Program-made: the position numbers and the translations under genes
The notes under the pieces: generated by a model
The model's input: the letters and a program-made list of their open reading frames with translations, nothing else
Databases searched by the model: none
Told to the model about the DNA's origin: nothing
Shown here: positions 9,710-20,085 of the stretch, one piece after another
Position numbering within the stretch: the stretch's first letter is position 1
Layout: the number at the start of each line of letters is the position of its first letter
Source of the DNA: Minisyncoccia bacterium
Lineage (GTDB): Bacteria; Patescibacteriota; Minisyncoccia; Phycocordibacterales; UBA9973
Assembly: GCA_039809265.1 (NCBI GenBank)
Contig: JBDHUR010000002.1
Span: forward strand, 15,461-79,460
DNA: 64,000 nucleotides
Direction of reading: 5' to 3'

Positions 9710-10924
9710 ATGAAAGATGAATTTAAGATCGGTATTTTGATTTTGGCGATAGTTCTTCTTGGTGGGTTGGTCTTTTATCGCGGTGGTTTATCCAACCAGG
9801 GTGCAGCAGCTCTTAAGTCTGACGTTGCAACTAAAGCTATAGATACAAGCAATGCAAAAGCTGTAGATGTATCTGGCACAGGCAAAGTTGTTTCTGATGG
9901 CGGTGCAACGGATAGATCTTCTACAGGTTCCGGCGGAGTTATCACACCATTGTATCCTTTGAAAGCTGTGAATGTAACAAAGTACGCTAGTGCGCCGTCG
10001 TATACTAGCGCTTATTCGTATTATCCAACCTCCAATAAAATAGATTTTGAACTGACTTCACCAAACAACTTTACGGTAACTCAGGTAGAGTTTACGGATT
10101 TGAAATTTACGCCAGGGCTAAATCCTGTTGTTAGTATAAGCGGAGGCGGATCTACTGTGCCATTTAACAATGGCAGTGCTATATTGCCTGTTTCTATATC
10201 GTTGTCACAAATACCGACTGTTTTCAACTTCCAATTAGGTTTTACCTATACGCCAACTACTTCTCTCTCAGGCAAAGAAATCTCCATAAAAATGACCAAG
10301 GTTACAGGTATGGACAGCTATGGCAATAAGATAACTATATGCGATAACGGTTGTTCATATACGTTTGATCCATCAAGTAACCGTGCTACTAACGACATAA
10401 TGTATACTATTTCCGGTCTTGGCATAAATAGAGGAGGAGGTTATGGCGTATTGCCTCAGCAGGGAGGTTACTTTTTAGGGGAAGCCTTTAATATCTATGG
10501 CTGGGGCGGGGCGGGTGCTGTATCTTTGAATTCGTTTCCTCTTCAGATAACCACAACACCAGGGCTTGTTGTTGACTTAAATAGTACATATGTAAAAGAT
10601 AGAAGCACTGGAAATATTATCCCATCCACAGTATCTTATGTCGGGCTTGGTAGCGCCGGTAGCGGCGTTCAAAATATAGTCATTACTCTTCGAAGACCTT
10701 TCGTTAATGTTAATACTTTGACTGGCGACTGGCTTGATATATATTTTAAGGCTGTCACTGTCCCAGCTGGGTCCGGGTTCTGCGTGGCGATGAATTCAAA
10801 TCTTCAAAACTTGGTGTGGACTAGCATACAAGGTGGCAATATATCTGGTGGTAATACTGTTTTTTCAAGCCAAAATGTAAAATATTTCCACTCGAATACT
10901 TACTACCCAACATGTTCGTATTAG
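9710..10924 (+). CDS. Membrane-anchored Ser/Thr/Gly-rich surface protein, QxAAS-motif family
   Basis: N-terminal TM, then QGAAALKS; beta-rich ectodomain. Confidence 0.8.
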   Translation: MKDEFKIGILILAIVLLGGLVFYRGGLSNQGAAALKSDVATKAIDTSNAKAVDVSGTGKVVSDGGATDRSSTGSGGVITPLYPLKAVNVTKYASAPSYTSAYSYYPTSNKIDFELTSPNNFTVTQVEFTDLKFTPGLNPVVSISGGGSTVPFNNGSAILPVSISLSQIPTVFNFQLGFTYTPTTSLSGKEISIKMTKVTGMDSYGNKITICDNGCSYTFDPSSNRATNDIMYTISGLGINRGGGYGVLPQQGGYFLGEAFNIYGWGGAGAVSLNSFPLQITTTPGLVVDLNSTYVKDRSTGNIIPSTVSYVGLGSAGSGVQNIVITLRRPFVNVNTLTGDWLDIYFKAVTVPAGSGFCVAMNSNLQNLVWTSIQGGNISGGNTVFSSQNVKYFHSNTYYPTCSY

Positions 10925-10947
10925 CTGTATCTTTAAGTATATAGCCA

Positions 10948-12636
10948 ATGAATGATCTTATAAACAACGACAAAATAAAAAACTGTGTACTGCTCCTAGC
11001 AGCTTTGGTTTTGGGTTGGTTTGTGTTTCGTGGCAACATTATGGATCAAAATCAGGCCACAACCTTGAAGTCTCAGGATGAAACGATTGGTGAGAAAGTG
11101 ATCAGAAATCCGCTTTGTCGGGACGAAAAATCTTGCCTTCAGTCTGTGGCTGACTTTGTAAGTCAACAGATTTATAGTGTTAAAGATACCAGTAAGGTTT
11201 TTACAAACAAAGGTATTTCTACAGCAAAATCTCTTGCATCAGTTTCTCCTGTGTCATCCCCAGCTCCCGGGGATGTTTATGTTATCGACACAAAAGGTAA
11301 TGATAGGGTTCAAGTATTTGATAAAAACGGAAATTTTAAGTTTAAGTGGGGAAGTCATGGGTCGGGTAAGGGTGAATTTTATCAGCCTTTTGGTATCGCC
11401 ATTGATTCTGTAAACGGTTTTGTTTATGTTACTGACCTTGGTAATAATCGTATTCAAAAATTTGATTTAGCTGGTAATTATTTAATGCAGATAGACACTG
11501 TTGGGCCTATGGCTGTAGAAGTTGGGAAACTAGGAGAAGTTTATGCTAGCGACGCATATAACCAAATAAAGAAATTTGATCAGAATGGTAATTTTCTATT
11601 ACAGTGGACTATTGCAGGAGTATCATCACCATTTCCATCTGGAGTGGCTATTGACTCGTTTGGGTATGTATATGTTGTAGACTCTAATAATGATGTTGTG
11701 CAGAAATTTGATCAAAATGGAAATTTTGTAATGCAATGGGGAACTTCTGGTACTGGAATTGGACAATTTCAAAATCCATGGGGAATTTCTATTGATCTTA
11801 TGGATAACATATATGTTGCGGATTCTAACAATACACGGGTCCAAAAATTCGATCAGAATGGGAATTACATTTCACAATTTGGTGCAGCAGGAAGTGGTAA
11901 TGGTCAATTTACAAGTCCGCGTGGAATTATAAATGATCTGTCTGGATATGCTTATGTTACAGATCATAATACCCAAAGAGTTCAAAAATTTGATCCTAAT
12001 GGAAATTTTGTTTTGCAATGGGGAAGTTATGGTGTAAACGATGGTGAATTTATAGTGCCTTACGATGTAGCCGTATTAGACCAAGGTACCCCTGACCTCG
12101 TCGTAGACTCTATCTCTGCTCCTACGAATATTCCTCTTGGAAGTGTTTCTGACCCAGCTATGCCGACTTATGGTTCGGTTGTATCTGCCATGATAAATCC
12201 GCAGCCGCCTGTGCCTGTGGATGTAACGATAAAAAACATTGGCAATGCGCCTGCTGTGCTGCCTGCTACTATGTCCATGTATCTTGGCATATATTGCAGT
12301 ATATTGGACGATTGCAACGTACTTACAAAATCTGCCTTGGTTCAGTCGCCAACAAAAGCAAACCTCCTGTTTAATCAGACAGGCATAAAGTTTGAAACCA
12401 TCGGCACCACTATGACTTTGAACCCAGGAGACACTTATACATTCCATACAAATTCCTACTTCCCATACAACATACCTTTTTCTGGCACGACTACGCTTTT
12501 GGGCCCCATGAATTTATGGGCTTGTGTAGACTCTAGTTCCAGTGCTTTTGCTCCATGGGGTATAGGTCAGGTGGATGAAAGTGATGAAAAGAATAATTGC
12601 GCTCCGCCTCAACTGCCAGTGACGGTGTATCAGTAA
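10948..12636 (+). CDS. Membrane-anchored NHL-repeat propeller + CARDB-like protein, QxAAS-motif family
   Basis: TM, then NQATTLKS; repeats GQFQNPWGISID..IYVADSNNTRVQKFD; PDLVV...VDESDEKNN. Confidence 0.88.
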   Translation: MNDLINNDKIKNCVLLLAALVLGWFVFRGNIMDQNQATTLKSQDETIGEKVIRNPLCRDEKSCLQSVADFVSQQIYSVKDTSKVFTNKGISTAKSLASVSPVSSPAPGDVYVIDTKGNDRVQVFDKNGNFKFKWGSHGSGKGEFYQPFGIAIDSVNGFVYVTDLGNNRIQKFDLAGNYLMQIDTVGPMAVEVGKLGEVYASDAYNQIKKFDQNGNFLLQWTIAGVSSPFPSGVAIDSFGYVYVVDSNNDVVQKFDQNGNFVMQWGTSGTGIGQFQNPWGISIDLMDNIYVADSNNTRVQKFDQNGNYISQFGAAGSGNGQFTSPRGIINDLSGYAYVTDHNTQRVQKFDPNGNFVLQWGSYGVNDGEFIVPYDVAVLDQGTPDLVVDSISAPTNIPLGSVSDPAMPTYGSVVSAMINPQPPVPVDVTIKNIGNAPAVLPATMSMYLGIYCSILDDCNVLTKSALVQSPTKANLLFNQTGIKFETIGTTMTLNPGDTYTFHTNSYFPYNIPFSGTTTLLGPMNLWACVDSSSSAFAPWGIGQVDESDEKNNCAPPQLPVTVYQ

Positions 12637-12655
12637 TTTAAAAAATAAATAATAC

Positions 12656-12691
12656 GCATACAAAAGACGCCGCACGGCGTCTTTTGTATGC
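12656..12691. terminator. Intrinsic terminator (symmetric hairpin)
   Basis: gcatacaaaagacgccg-ca-cggcgtcttttgtatgc. Confidence 0.75.
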
Positions 12692-12705
12692 TATAATTGC
12701 CTCGT

Positions 12706-13587
12706 ATGGCAGATAGCAAAGATATACAAGAAGAGATAAAAAAGCTGGAAGAGGAGATGAGCCAAGGCAACTTTTGGGAAGACAAAACGCGAGCGCAGGA
12801 AACTATAAAGGAATTGAACAGGCTTAAGGACGAGCTTTTGGGTGCAGAAAAATATGACAAAGGGAACGCCGTGATGACCATATTCTCTGGTGCTGGAGGA
12901 GACGATTCGGAAGATTTTTCCGCAATGCTCTTCCATATGTACAACAAGTATTGCGCGAAGGCGGGTTTTAGTGTTGCAGTTATTCATAAAAATGAAAATG
13001 ACCACGGCGGGTACAGGAATATCACAGTGGGGATTTCTGGACGCGATGCATATGGTATACTAAAAGGTGAGTCGGGAGTACACCGGCTTGTCCGCATATC
13101 GCCGTTCAATGCAAAGAAGCTGCGACAGACTTCATTTTCTTTAGTTGAAGTCATTCCACATTTTACAAAAGGAGAGCTGAAAGACATTCCAGATAGCGAG
13201 CTCAAGATAGAGTTCGCACGCTCGGGCGGAGCCGGAGGTCAAAATGTGAACAAAAGAGAGACGGCAGTTAGGGTAGTGCATATCCCGACAGGCCTTTCTG
13301 TTCATGCTGACCGCGAGCGTACCCAAGAGGCCAACCGCCAAGCGGCGCTAGAGCTTCTAGCTGGCAAGCTGTACAAGCTTAGAGAAGACGAGCGGCTTGC
13401 AAAAGAAAAAGGGATGTATATTTCCAAGACGACAGATATAGAATGGGGTAACCAGATTCGTTCCTATGTCTTGCATCCGTACAAGATGATTAAAGACCAT
13501 CGCACAGGCGTAGAGACGGCAGATGTGAAAGCCGTGCTGGAAGATGGAGAAATAGACGAATTTTTACAAGCAGAAAAAGCTAGTTAA
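12706..13587 (+). CDS. prfB: Peptide chain release factor 2, N-terminally shortened
   Basis: SGAGG, GVHRLVRISPF (SPF), GGQNVNK, WGNQIRSYV. Confidence 0.93.
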   Translation: MADSKDIQEEIKKLEEEMSQGNFWEDKTRAQETIKELNRLKDELLGAEKYDKGNAVMTIFSGAGGDDSEDFSAMLFHMYNKYCAKAGFSVAVIHKNENDHGGYRNITVGISGRDAYGILKGESGVHRLVRISPFNAKKLRQTSFSLVEVIPHFTKGELKDIPDSELKIEFARSGGAGGQNVNKRETAVRVVHIPTGLSVHADRERTQEANRQAALELLAGKLYKLREDERLAKEKGMYISKTTDIEWGNQIRSYVLHPYKMIKDHRTGVETADVKAVLEDGEIDEFLQAEKAS

Positions 13588-13605
13588 GCTAAAAAGCTAT
13601 CCAAA

Positions 13606-14286
13606 ATGATTTATTTCAATAATGTCACAAAAGCATATGATGAAGATTCTATTTCGCTCGAAGATATAAATTTGACTATAAATGCAGGCGAATTTGTCTC
13701 GCTCGTTGGCCACTCTGGTGCGGGTAAGACTACCATGATCAAACTTATACTTGCAGAGGAGCGCCCGACAGACGGAACAGTTTTTTTTGAGTCTTTAGAT
13801 ATACATAAGCTGCCAAGTAAAGATATAACAAAACTCCGTAAGCGCATAGGCGTTGTTTTTCAAGACTTCAAACTTTTGCCGACAAAGACTGCATATGAAA
13901 ATATAGCTTTTGCTATGGAAGCTGCCGGCAAAAGTGATGAAGAGATAAGGAGCGACGTACCGCATGTGCTAGAGCTTGTAGACCTTACTCCAAAGACTCA
14001 CCATTTTCCGCACCAGATGTCTGGTGGCGAGCGTCAGCGTCTCGCTATAGCACGCGCAATCATAAACCAGCCAGAGATCATAATTGCAGACGAGCCAACA
14101 GGGAACTTGGACCCGATAAATACTTATGAAGTTGTGCAGATTTTAAAAAAGATAAACGATCTTGGCACCACAGTCATCCTGACTACTCACAACCGCGGTG
14201 TAGTGGACTCTGTAGGCAAGCGCGTTATTACACTAGAGAAAGGTCGTATTGTCAGGGATGACAAAGAAGGTAAGTACGTTATATAA
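13606..14286 (+). CDS. ftsE: Cell division ATP-binding protein FtsE
   Basis: GHSGAGKTT, IGVVFQDFKLL, ADEPTGNLD; upstream of ftsX. Confidence 0.93.
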   Translation: MIYFNNVTKAYDEDSISLEDINLTINAGEFVSLVGHSGAGKTTMIKLILAEERPTDGTVFFESLDIHKLPSKDITKLRKRIGVVFQDFKLLPTKTAYENIAFAMEAAGKSDEEIRSDVPHVLELVDLTPKTHHFPHQMSGGERQRLAIARAIINQPEIIIADEPTGNLDPINTYEVVQILKKINDLGTTVILTTHNRGVVDSVGKRVITLEKGRIVRDDKEGKYVI

Positions 14287-14297
14287 TACTCCCTGTT

Positions 14298-15218
14298 ATG
14301 TCATTCCTTGATACAAAACGCATCATACGTTCCGGTTTCAAAAATTTTACCAGAAATGGTGTTGTGTCTTTAGCTTCTGTTTTGGTGACCACTATCACTT
14401 TGTGTGTCATACTCTCAATAGTTTTCTTGCAAGTTATACTGAACTTTTCTCTAACACAAATAAAAGACAAAGTGGACGTGACCATATACATGACCACTAC
14501 CGCTACAGAAGACAAAATATTGGCATACAAGTCTTCCCTGGAGCAGTTGCCAGAAGTTGCCTCTGTGTCTTACGAGTCTGCAGATGAAGCGCTCGCGAAG
14601 TTCAAAGATAAATATTCCAGTGACTACCTTACTATACAGGCGCTAGACGAGCTGAAAGACAACCCGCTCGGTGCAGCGCTCAACGTAAAGGCTGTTGACC
14701 CGATGCAATACGAAAGCATTGCAAAGTTTGTAGAGACTAGTATGACGGATGGAGATGGAAAGGGGCTGATAGACAAAGTAAACTACAGACAGAATAAGCT
14801 AGTGATAGATAGGCTGACGTCTATCCTAGACGGTGCGCGCATACTAGGTTTACTTGTGACACTTATACTTGTAGTCATTTCTGTTATCATTACCTTCAAC
14901 ACTATCCGCCTAGCCATATTTATATCCCGCGAAGAAATCGGCATTATGCGCCTTGTGGGTGCTGCAAACAAACAGATACGTGGGCCATTCATAGTGCAGG
15001 GCATGGTCTGCGGGGTGATAAGTGCCGTGGTGACTATGATCATATTCTACCCGTTTACTCTTTGGATGGGCAATCATTTGGCAAACTTTTTCGGTATGAA
15101 TATGTTTGAATACTATCTCTCAAATCTTTTGCAGCTTTTCCTTATAGTTCTTGTTTCCGGAGTTTTGCTGGGGGTCATTTCAAGTTTGCTGGCAATACGC
15201 AAGTATCTTAAGAAATAA
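14298..15218 (+). CDS. ftsX: Cell division permease FtsX
   Basis: 4 TM, NPL, NTIRLAI..R.EI.IMRLVGA. Confidence 0.92.
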   Translation: MSFLDTKRIIRSGFKNFTRNGVVSLASVLVTTITLCVILSIVFLQVILNFSLTQIKDKVDVTIYMTTTATEDKILAYKSSLEQLPEVASVSYESADEALAKFKDKYSSDYLTIQALDELKDNPLGAALNVKAVDPMQYESIAKFVETSMTDGDGKGLIDKVNYRQNKLVIDRLTSILDGARILGLLVTLILVVISVIITFNTIRLAIFISREEIGIMRLVGAANKQIRGPFIVQGMVCGVISAVVTMIIFYPFTLWMGNHLANFFGMNMFEYYLSNLLQLFLIVLVSGVLLGVISSLLAIRKYLKK

Positions 15219-15224
15219 ATCATT

Positions 15225-16892
15225 ATGGCGCAGATCAAAAAACCGAAGTATATTTTCGTGGTTGGCGGGGTGATTTCCGGAGTAGGGAAAGGTGTCGCTT
15301 CGTCCTCTATAGGCAAGATACTTCAAGACCGCGGTCTAAATGTGACAGCTATAAAGATTGACCCGTACATAAACGTAGATGCGGGCACCATGAACCCCAC
15401 CGAGCACGGCGAGGTTTTTGTTTTGGACGACGGAGATGAGACAGACCAAGACATGGGTAACTATGAACGCTTTCTGAACATCACCCTTACTCGCACGAAC
15501 TACATGACTACCGGTAGGGTGTACAAAAGTGTGATAGAAAAAGAGCGCAACCTAGAGTATGGCGGCAAGTGTGTGGAAGTGGTGCCTCATGTACCGCTTG
15601 AGATTATAGACAGGATAACCAAGGCAACAAAAGATGCAAATGCAGATCTCACTCTCATAGAGATAGGCGGCACTATAGGCGAGTACCAAAATGTGCTTTT
15701 CCTGGAAGCTGCCCGTATGCTAAAGATCCGCAACCCGAAAGACGTGCTGTTTGTCATGGTGTCATACTTGCCGGTGCCTTCAAAAGTAGGGGAAATGAAA
15801 ACCAAACCCACACAGTATGCAGTGCGGACATTGAATGGCTCGGGTATACAGCCAGACATTATTATTGCCAGATCTACCGTGCCTCTGGATGAAAAGCGAA
15901 AAGAAAAAATTGCATTTATGTGTAACATAGGTGCAGACAGGGTGATATCTGCGCCGGATGTGGATAGCATATATGACGTGCCGATAAATTTTGAAAAAGA
16001 AAAACTTTCAGATTTGATCTGCGATATATTGGAAACTACTTGCAAACCAAAATCTAGCCCAAACATTGCGCTATGGAACTCTTTTGCCAGAGCTGTACAC
16101 AACTCCAGCGACATTGTACGTATAGCCGTCATTGGTAAATATTTTGATTCCGGCGACTTTGTACTTTCTGACGCTTATCTTTCTGTTATAGAAGCCCTGA
16201 AATATTCCAGCTATCATTTGAAGAAAAAGCCGGAGCTTGTCTGGATAAACTCTGTAGAGTTTGAAAAAGACCCAAAGAAGGTCAAAGAGCTTTCTAAATA
16301 TGATGGTGTGCTTGTCCCAGGAGGTTTCGGCTCACGCGGAGTGGAAGGCATACTTATGGCTATCCGCTATGTTCGCGAGAAGAAGATACCTTACTTTGGC
16401 ATTTGCTACGGCATGCAGCTTATGGTCATAGAGTACGCGCGCAATGTGCTTCGGATAAAGGATGCAACTACCCGCGAGATAAATCCAAACTCGCCGCACC
16501 TTATTATAAACGTTATGGAAAGCCAAAAGGATAATTTGAAGCACAATCGCTATGGTGGCAGCATGAGGCTTGGCGCTTGCAAAGCAGTGCTAAAAGACGG
16601 CACCATAGCTCGTTCTGCCTACGGCACAAATGCTATTTCAGAGCGTCATCGCCACCGCTACGAAGTGAACAACGACTATGTGCCAGACTTGGAGGATGCA
16701 GGCATGGTGTTCTCTGGTGTTTCGCCAGACCGCACCTTGGCAGAGATTGCCGAGCTGTCGAAAAAAGCACATCCGTTTTTTCTTGGCACGCAGTTCCACC
16801 CAGAGTTCCTTGCGCGCCCTCTTTACCCGCACAAGCTTTTTACTGCTTTTATAAAAGCAGCCATTGCTCACCGCAAGAAAGCTGGAAAGTAA
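15225..16892 (+). CDS. pyrG: CTP synthase
   Basis: GGVISGVGKG, KIDPYINVDAGTMNP, GICYGMQ, ERHRHRYE, QFHPEF. Confidence 0.98.
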   Translation: MAQIKKPKYIFVVGGVISGVGKGVASSSIGKILQDRGLNVTAIKIDPYINVDAGTMNPTEHGEVFVLDDGDETDQDMGNYERFLNITLTRTNYMTTGRVYKSVIEKERNLEYGGKCVEVVPHVPLEIIDRITKATKDANADLTLIEIGGTIGEYQNVLFLEAARMLKIRNPKDVLFVMVSYLPVPSKVGEMKTKPTQYAVRTLNGSGIQPDIIIARSTVPLDEKRKEKIAFMCNIGADRVISAPDVDSIYDVPINFEKEKLSDLICDILETTCKPKSSPNIALWNSFARAVHNSSDIVRIAVIGKYFDSGDFVLSDAYLSVIEALKYSSYHLKKKPELVWINSVEFEKDPKKVKELSKYDGVLVPGGFGSRGVEGILMAIRYVREKKIPYFGICYGMQLMVIEYARNVLRIKDATTREINPNSPHLIINVMESQKDNLKHNRYGGSMRLGACKAVLKDGTIARSAYGTNAISERHRHRYEVNNDYVPDLEDAGMVFSGVSPDRTLAEIAELSKKAHPFFLGTQFHPEFLARPLYPHKLFTAFIKAAIAHRKKAGK

Positions 16893-17011
16893 TAGTGTAA
16901 TACTGTAAAAGTGCGTCTTGGTCAAGCAATTTTGACCTGATGCAAAAATCTGGTTTTGTGGTATAGTGCATGTATCCGCTTTTGGGCTTCTACCCAATAT
17001 TTGCGGTGTTT

Positions 17012-17082
17012 TACGGGATCGTCTAATGGTAGGACAACGGGTTCTGGCTCCGTTAATCTAGGTTCGAGTCCTAGTCCCGTAG
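17012..17082 (+). tRNA. tRNA-Gln(CTG)
   Basis: Cloverleaf TACGGGA...TCCCGTA-G, U1-A72, loop TTCTGGC, GTTCGAGTC; CCA not encoded. Confidence 0.93.
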
Positions 17083-17153
17083 CAAATTTTTGAAAAAATG
17101 CGAATCTTGGATTTTTACTGTCCCTTTTTGGCAAAATCTGATAAGATAGGAAT

Positions 17154-17735
17154 ATGAATAAAAAGTATGCATATCTGGCAATTGTTATCATTTTAGTTGT
17201 CGTAGCTATAGCGTTCTATTGTCTATCGAATAATACGAACAATACAAAAATAATTGAAATCAAAGACAATAACGATTATAAAAATATTGCATATGAGATT
17301 GATGGACAATCTATCCTTCTCAAAAACGGTTTTGCTGAAATTAAAGCGACTCCAGACTCTGCTTCAAAAATGAAAGTTCAATATTTTGGCGACGAATTTA
17401 TGTCTGACATAAATAGTGATGGACAAGAGGATGTCGTTTTTCTTTTGACTACACAGACTGGAGGTAGTGGAACATTTTATTATGTAGTGGGAGCCTTGAA
17501 TACAGAAAATGGTTATGTCGGTACTGATGGATATTTTCTTGGAGATAGAATTGCTCCACAAACAGTGGAGAAAAGTCAAGATGCTCGGCATAAAGATGTT
17601 ATAGTGGTGAACTATGCAGAGCGAGGCGAAGGAGAGGCGATGACCGCACAGCCATCAGTTAACAAGAGTGTATATTTAAAGCTGGATAAGCAAACAAACA
17701 GGTGGGCTATTGTTGCCAATAACTTTGGAGATTGA
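17154..17735 (+). CDS. Hypothetical membrane-anchored protein
   Basis: N-terminal TM; DINSDGQED, GGSGTFYY, LGDRIAPQ. Confidence 0.75.
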   Translation: MNKKYAYLAIVIILVVVAIAFYCLSNNTNNTKIIEIKDNNDYKNIAYEIDGQSILLKNGFAEIKATPDSASKMKVQYFGDEFMSDINSDGQEDVVFLLTTQTGGSGTFYYVVGALNTENGYVGTDGYFLGDRIAPQTVEKSQDARHKDVIVVNYAERGEGEAMTAQPSVNKSVYLKLDKQTNRWAIVANNFGD

Positions 17736-17858
17736 TTATTTTTAAAAAGTAGAAAAGCACAGTTTTTAAAGTGTTAGAAAGAGACCATTATTATGAATAG
17801 TTGGTAATTTTTTTAGCTGGTCAAAAATAACGATACAAAAGTTTCGGCAGACTAGAGC

Positions 17859-17917
17859 TTGACTTCAAAATACACTGGTAGTATACTTAGCTTATCTAAT
17901 TATTAGGTAAGCTAAGT
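17859..17917 (+). promoter_or_regulatory. Promoter and probable MarR operator
   Basis: TTGACT-17-TATACT overlapped by 16-bp inverted repeat ACTTAGCTTATCTAAT-T-ATTAGGTAAGCTAAGT (17885-17917). Confidence 0.75.
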
Positions 17918-17923
17918 TTTATT

Positions 17924-18349
17924 ATGAAGGAAAATAAATCTATAGAAACAAAGCTCGGTGCTCTCATGCTAGAATTCCGCAGGAAGATAGTAGAAGCTTG
18001 CAGGAGACAGGGAGTACAGCAAGACATCACTTTCTCTCAAGCAGAAATATTGGGTTTCGTGGGGCCGTCTGGCACTCGTACGATGCGTGAGATTGCCGAG
18101 CATTTAAAGATCGCGCCGCCGTCTGTCACTGCGCAAGTTATGGAAATGGAAAAGCGTGGCTTTGTAAAGAGGGAAGTGAGCAAGGCAGACAGGAGGGTGG
18201 TCTCTGTTTCGTTTACAAGCAAAGCCAAGAAAGCGTTTGAAAAAATATCTGCCCGCAAAACCAAAGTTCTAAGCAGTATGCTTTCCAAACTTTCTGCAAG
18301 TGACAAAAAGTCGCTAGAGCGCATTATCGGCATTATCATTTCAAAATAA
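17924..18349 (+). CDS. MarR family transcriptional regulator
   Basis: wHTH IAEHLKIAPPSVT...GFVKR..DRRV. Confidence 0.9.
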   Translation: MKENKSIETKLGALMLEFRRKIVEACRRQGVQQDITFSQAEILGFVGPSGTRTMREIAEHLKIAPPSVTAQVMEMEKRGFVKREVSKADRRVVSVSFTSKAKKAFEKISARKTKVLSSMLSKLSASDKKSLERIIGIIISK

Positions 18350-18354
18350 TCCAA

Positions 18355-19440
18355 ATGAAAAAATCAGTTGTAAAATTCTTCAATCAGCCGGCAAAAGTCA
18401 TCGGCATATCTGCAGTATTGGCCTTGGCCATAGGCACATATTCGTATATTCACAGTAAAAATGCTTTGGCGGAAGCTTTTGAAAAGTACGGAGTAAAAGA
18501 TATTCCAAGTAACACCGTTTCTCAAACTTCCGGCTCTGTCACGCTTGGCTTTCTTTCTGGGGGACGTATCGCAAGTGTTTCTGTAAAAACGGGGGACACT
18601 GTTTCCGCTGGGCAAGAGCTGGCAACCTTGGATGCTGGCAATGCCCGCGGCGCTCTGACACAGGCAGAGGCAGTTTACCAAGCAGCGCAAGCAAACTATC
18701 AGAAGATCTCAAACGGCGCGACTACACCGCAACTGGACGTCATGCGTTCAGCTGTGGCTTCCGCAGAAGTTGCTCTTTCCGAGTCTACAAAGCAGCAGGA
18801 TACATTGGTGGTAAATGCACGCCGCAACTTCCTCAATGCTGACCTTACTCCTGTACTTGTTTCTGGTGTCAGTGCTTCTGCTCCGATAATTTCGGGCACA
18901 TACTCTGGCACAGACGAAGGTTCGTATGTTGTAACTACTTATGCTACAACAAGCGGCGGGTATTTCTCTTACAGTGGGCTAGAAAATGGAACTGCAGATA
19001 TGAACTATACTCGCGCTGTACCGCTTGGCACCAAGGGTCTTTTTATCCAGTTTTCAAACACAGGCAATGCAAATAGTTTGGGCACGACTTGGTCTGTAAA
19101 CTTGCCAAACAAGGAGTCTGTGAAGTATCTGTCCGCGCTAAACGCTTACAACTCTGCTGTGCAAACACGCGAGCAAGTTATAGCTCAGGCAACAGCAGCG
19201 CTGGACCAAGCCAAAGCCGCGCTGGTTTCTGGCCAGGCTCCCGCTAGAGGTGAGGATTTGTCTGCTGCCTCTGCTCAGGTACAAAATGCTCTCGGTGCTT
19301 TACAGATAGCAAAATCAAACTATGCAAACACAGTCATCGCTGCTCCATTTGCCGGTACTGTTGGAGCGGTATCCATCTCTGAAGGACAGATAGCTGTGCC
19401 AAATGCTCCGGCGATAGAAATTTACACATCTAACAACTAA
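18355..19440 (+). CDS. HlyD-family membrane fusion/adaptor protein
   Basis: Lipoyl halves GRIASVSVKTGD and IAAPFAGTV flanking a coiled coil. Confidence 0.82.
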   Translation: MKKSVVKFFNQPAKVIGISAVLALAIGTYSYIHSKNALAEAFEKYGVKDIPSNTVSQTSGSVTLGFLSGGRIASVSVKTGDTVSAGQELATLDAGNARGALTQAEAVYQAAQANYQKISNGATTPQLDVMRSAVASAEVALSESTKQQDTLVVNARRNFLNADLTPVLVSGVSASAPIISGTYSGTDEGSYVVTTYATTSGGYFSYSGLENGTADMNYTRAVPLGTKGLFIQFSNTGNANSLGTTWSVNLPNKESVKYLSALNAYNSAVQTREQVIAQATAALDQAKAALVSGQAPARGEDLSAASAQVQNALGALQIAKSNYANTVIAAPFAGTVGAVSISEGQIAVPNAPAIEIYTSNN

Positions 19441-19445
19441 TAAAT

Positions 19446-20084
19446 ATGAAAGAAGAAAACAAAGAAACAAAATTTAAGAATAAACCCTGGATGCAGAGCC
19501 TGTTTGGTTTCATAGCTGTTGTCGCAGTGCTTGCAGGATTTCTGTTTTGGTCTTCGCACAGCGGCAGAGTAGAAGTAGAAGATGCAGAAATAGATGCGCC
19601 AAAGGTTTCTGTTTCCTCTACAGCTGCAGGAGTTCTGAATGCGCTTTATGTGAAGGAGGGTGACATAGTAAGTCCAAATAGTCAGATAGCGCTTGTCGGC
19701 TCTAATATAGTAGTTACAAAAGAGGGGGGTATTGTCACAAATGTTCCAGACATACTTGGCGGTTACTATGTCCCTGGGCAGAGCGTAGTTTCCGTGGTGG
19801 TGAAAGACAAAATGCGCGTACAAGGCTCTGTGGAAGAGACGAAAGGCTTGAGTGACTTGAAGCAAGGCCAGAAAGTCATCTTTACTGTAGATGCTTTTTC
19901 CGGCAAAAAATATTATGGGATAGTAGACGAAGTTGCAGAAACTTCCAATGACGCAAACTTGGCTTACTCTATCTCTGACAAGCGTCCAGTTAAAAGGTTC
20001 TATGTGTATGTGCGTTTCAACACCGAGCAGTACCCAGAGTTGAAGGATGGCATGTCTGCAAAGATTACCATAATTACAAAATAG
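19446..20084 (+). CDS. HlyD/EmrA-family adaptor (short, no long hairpin)
   Basis: TM, GVLNALYVKEGD, GQKVIFTVDAF, GMSA. Confidence 0.82.
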   Translation: MKEENKETKFKNKPWMQSLFGFIAVVAVLAGFLFWSSHSGRVEVEDAEIDAPKVSVSSTAAGVLNALYVKEGDIVSPNSQIALVGSNIVVTKEGGIVTNVPDILGGYYVPGQSVVSVVVKDKMRVQGSVEETKGLSDLKQGQKVIFTVDAFSGKKYYGIVDEVAETSNDANLAYSISDKRPVKRFYVYVRFNTEQYPELKDGMSAKITIITK

Positions 20085-20085
20085 C

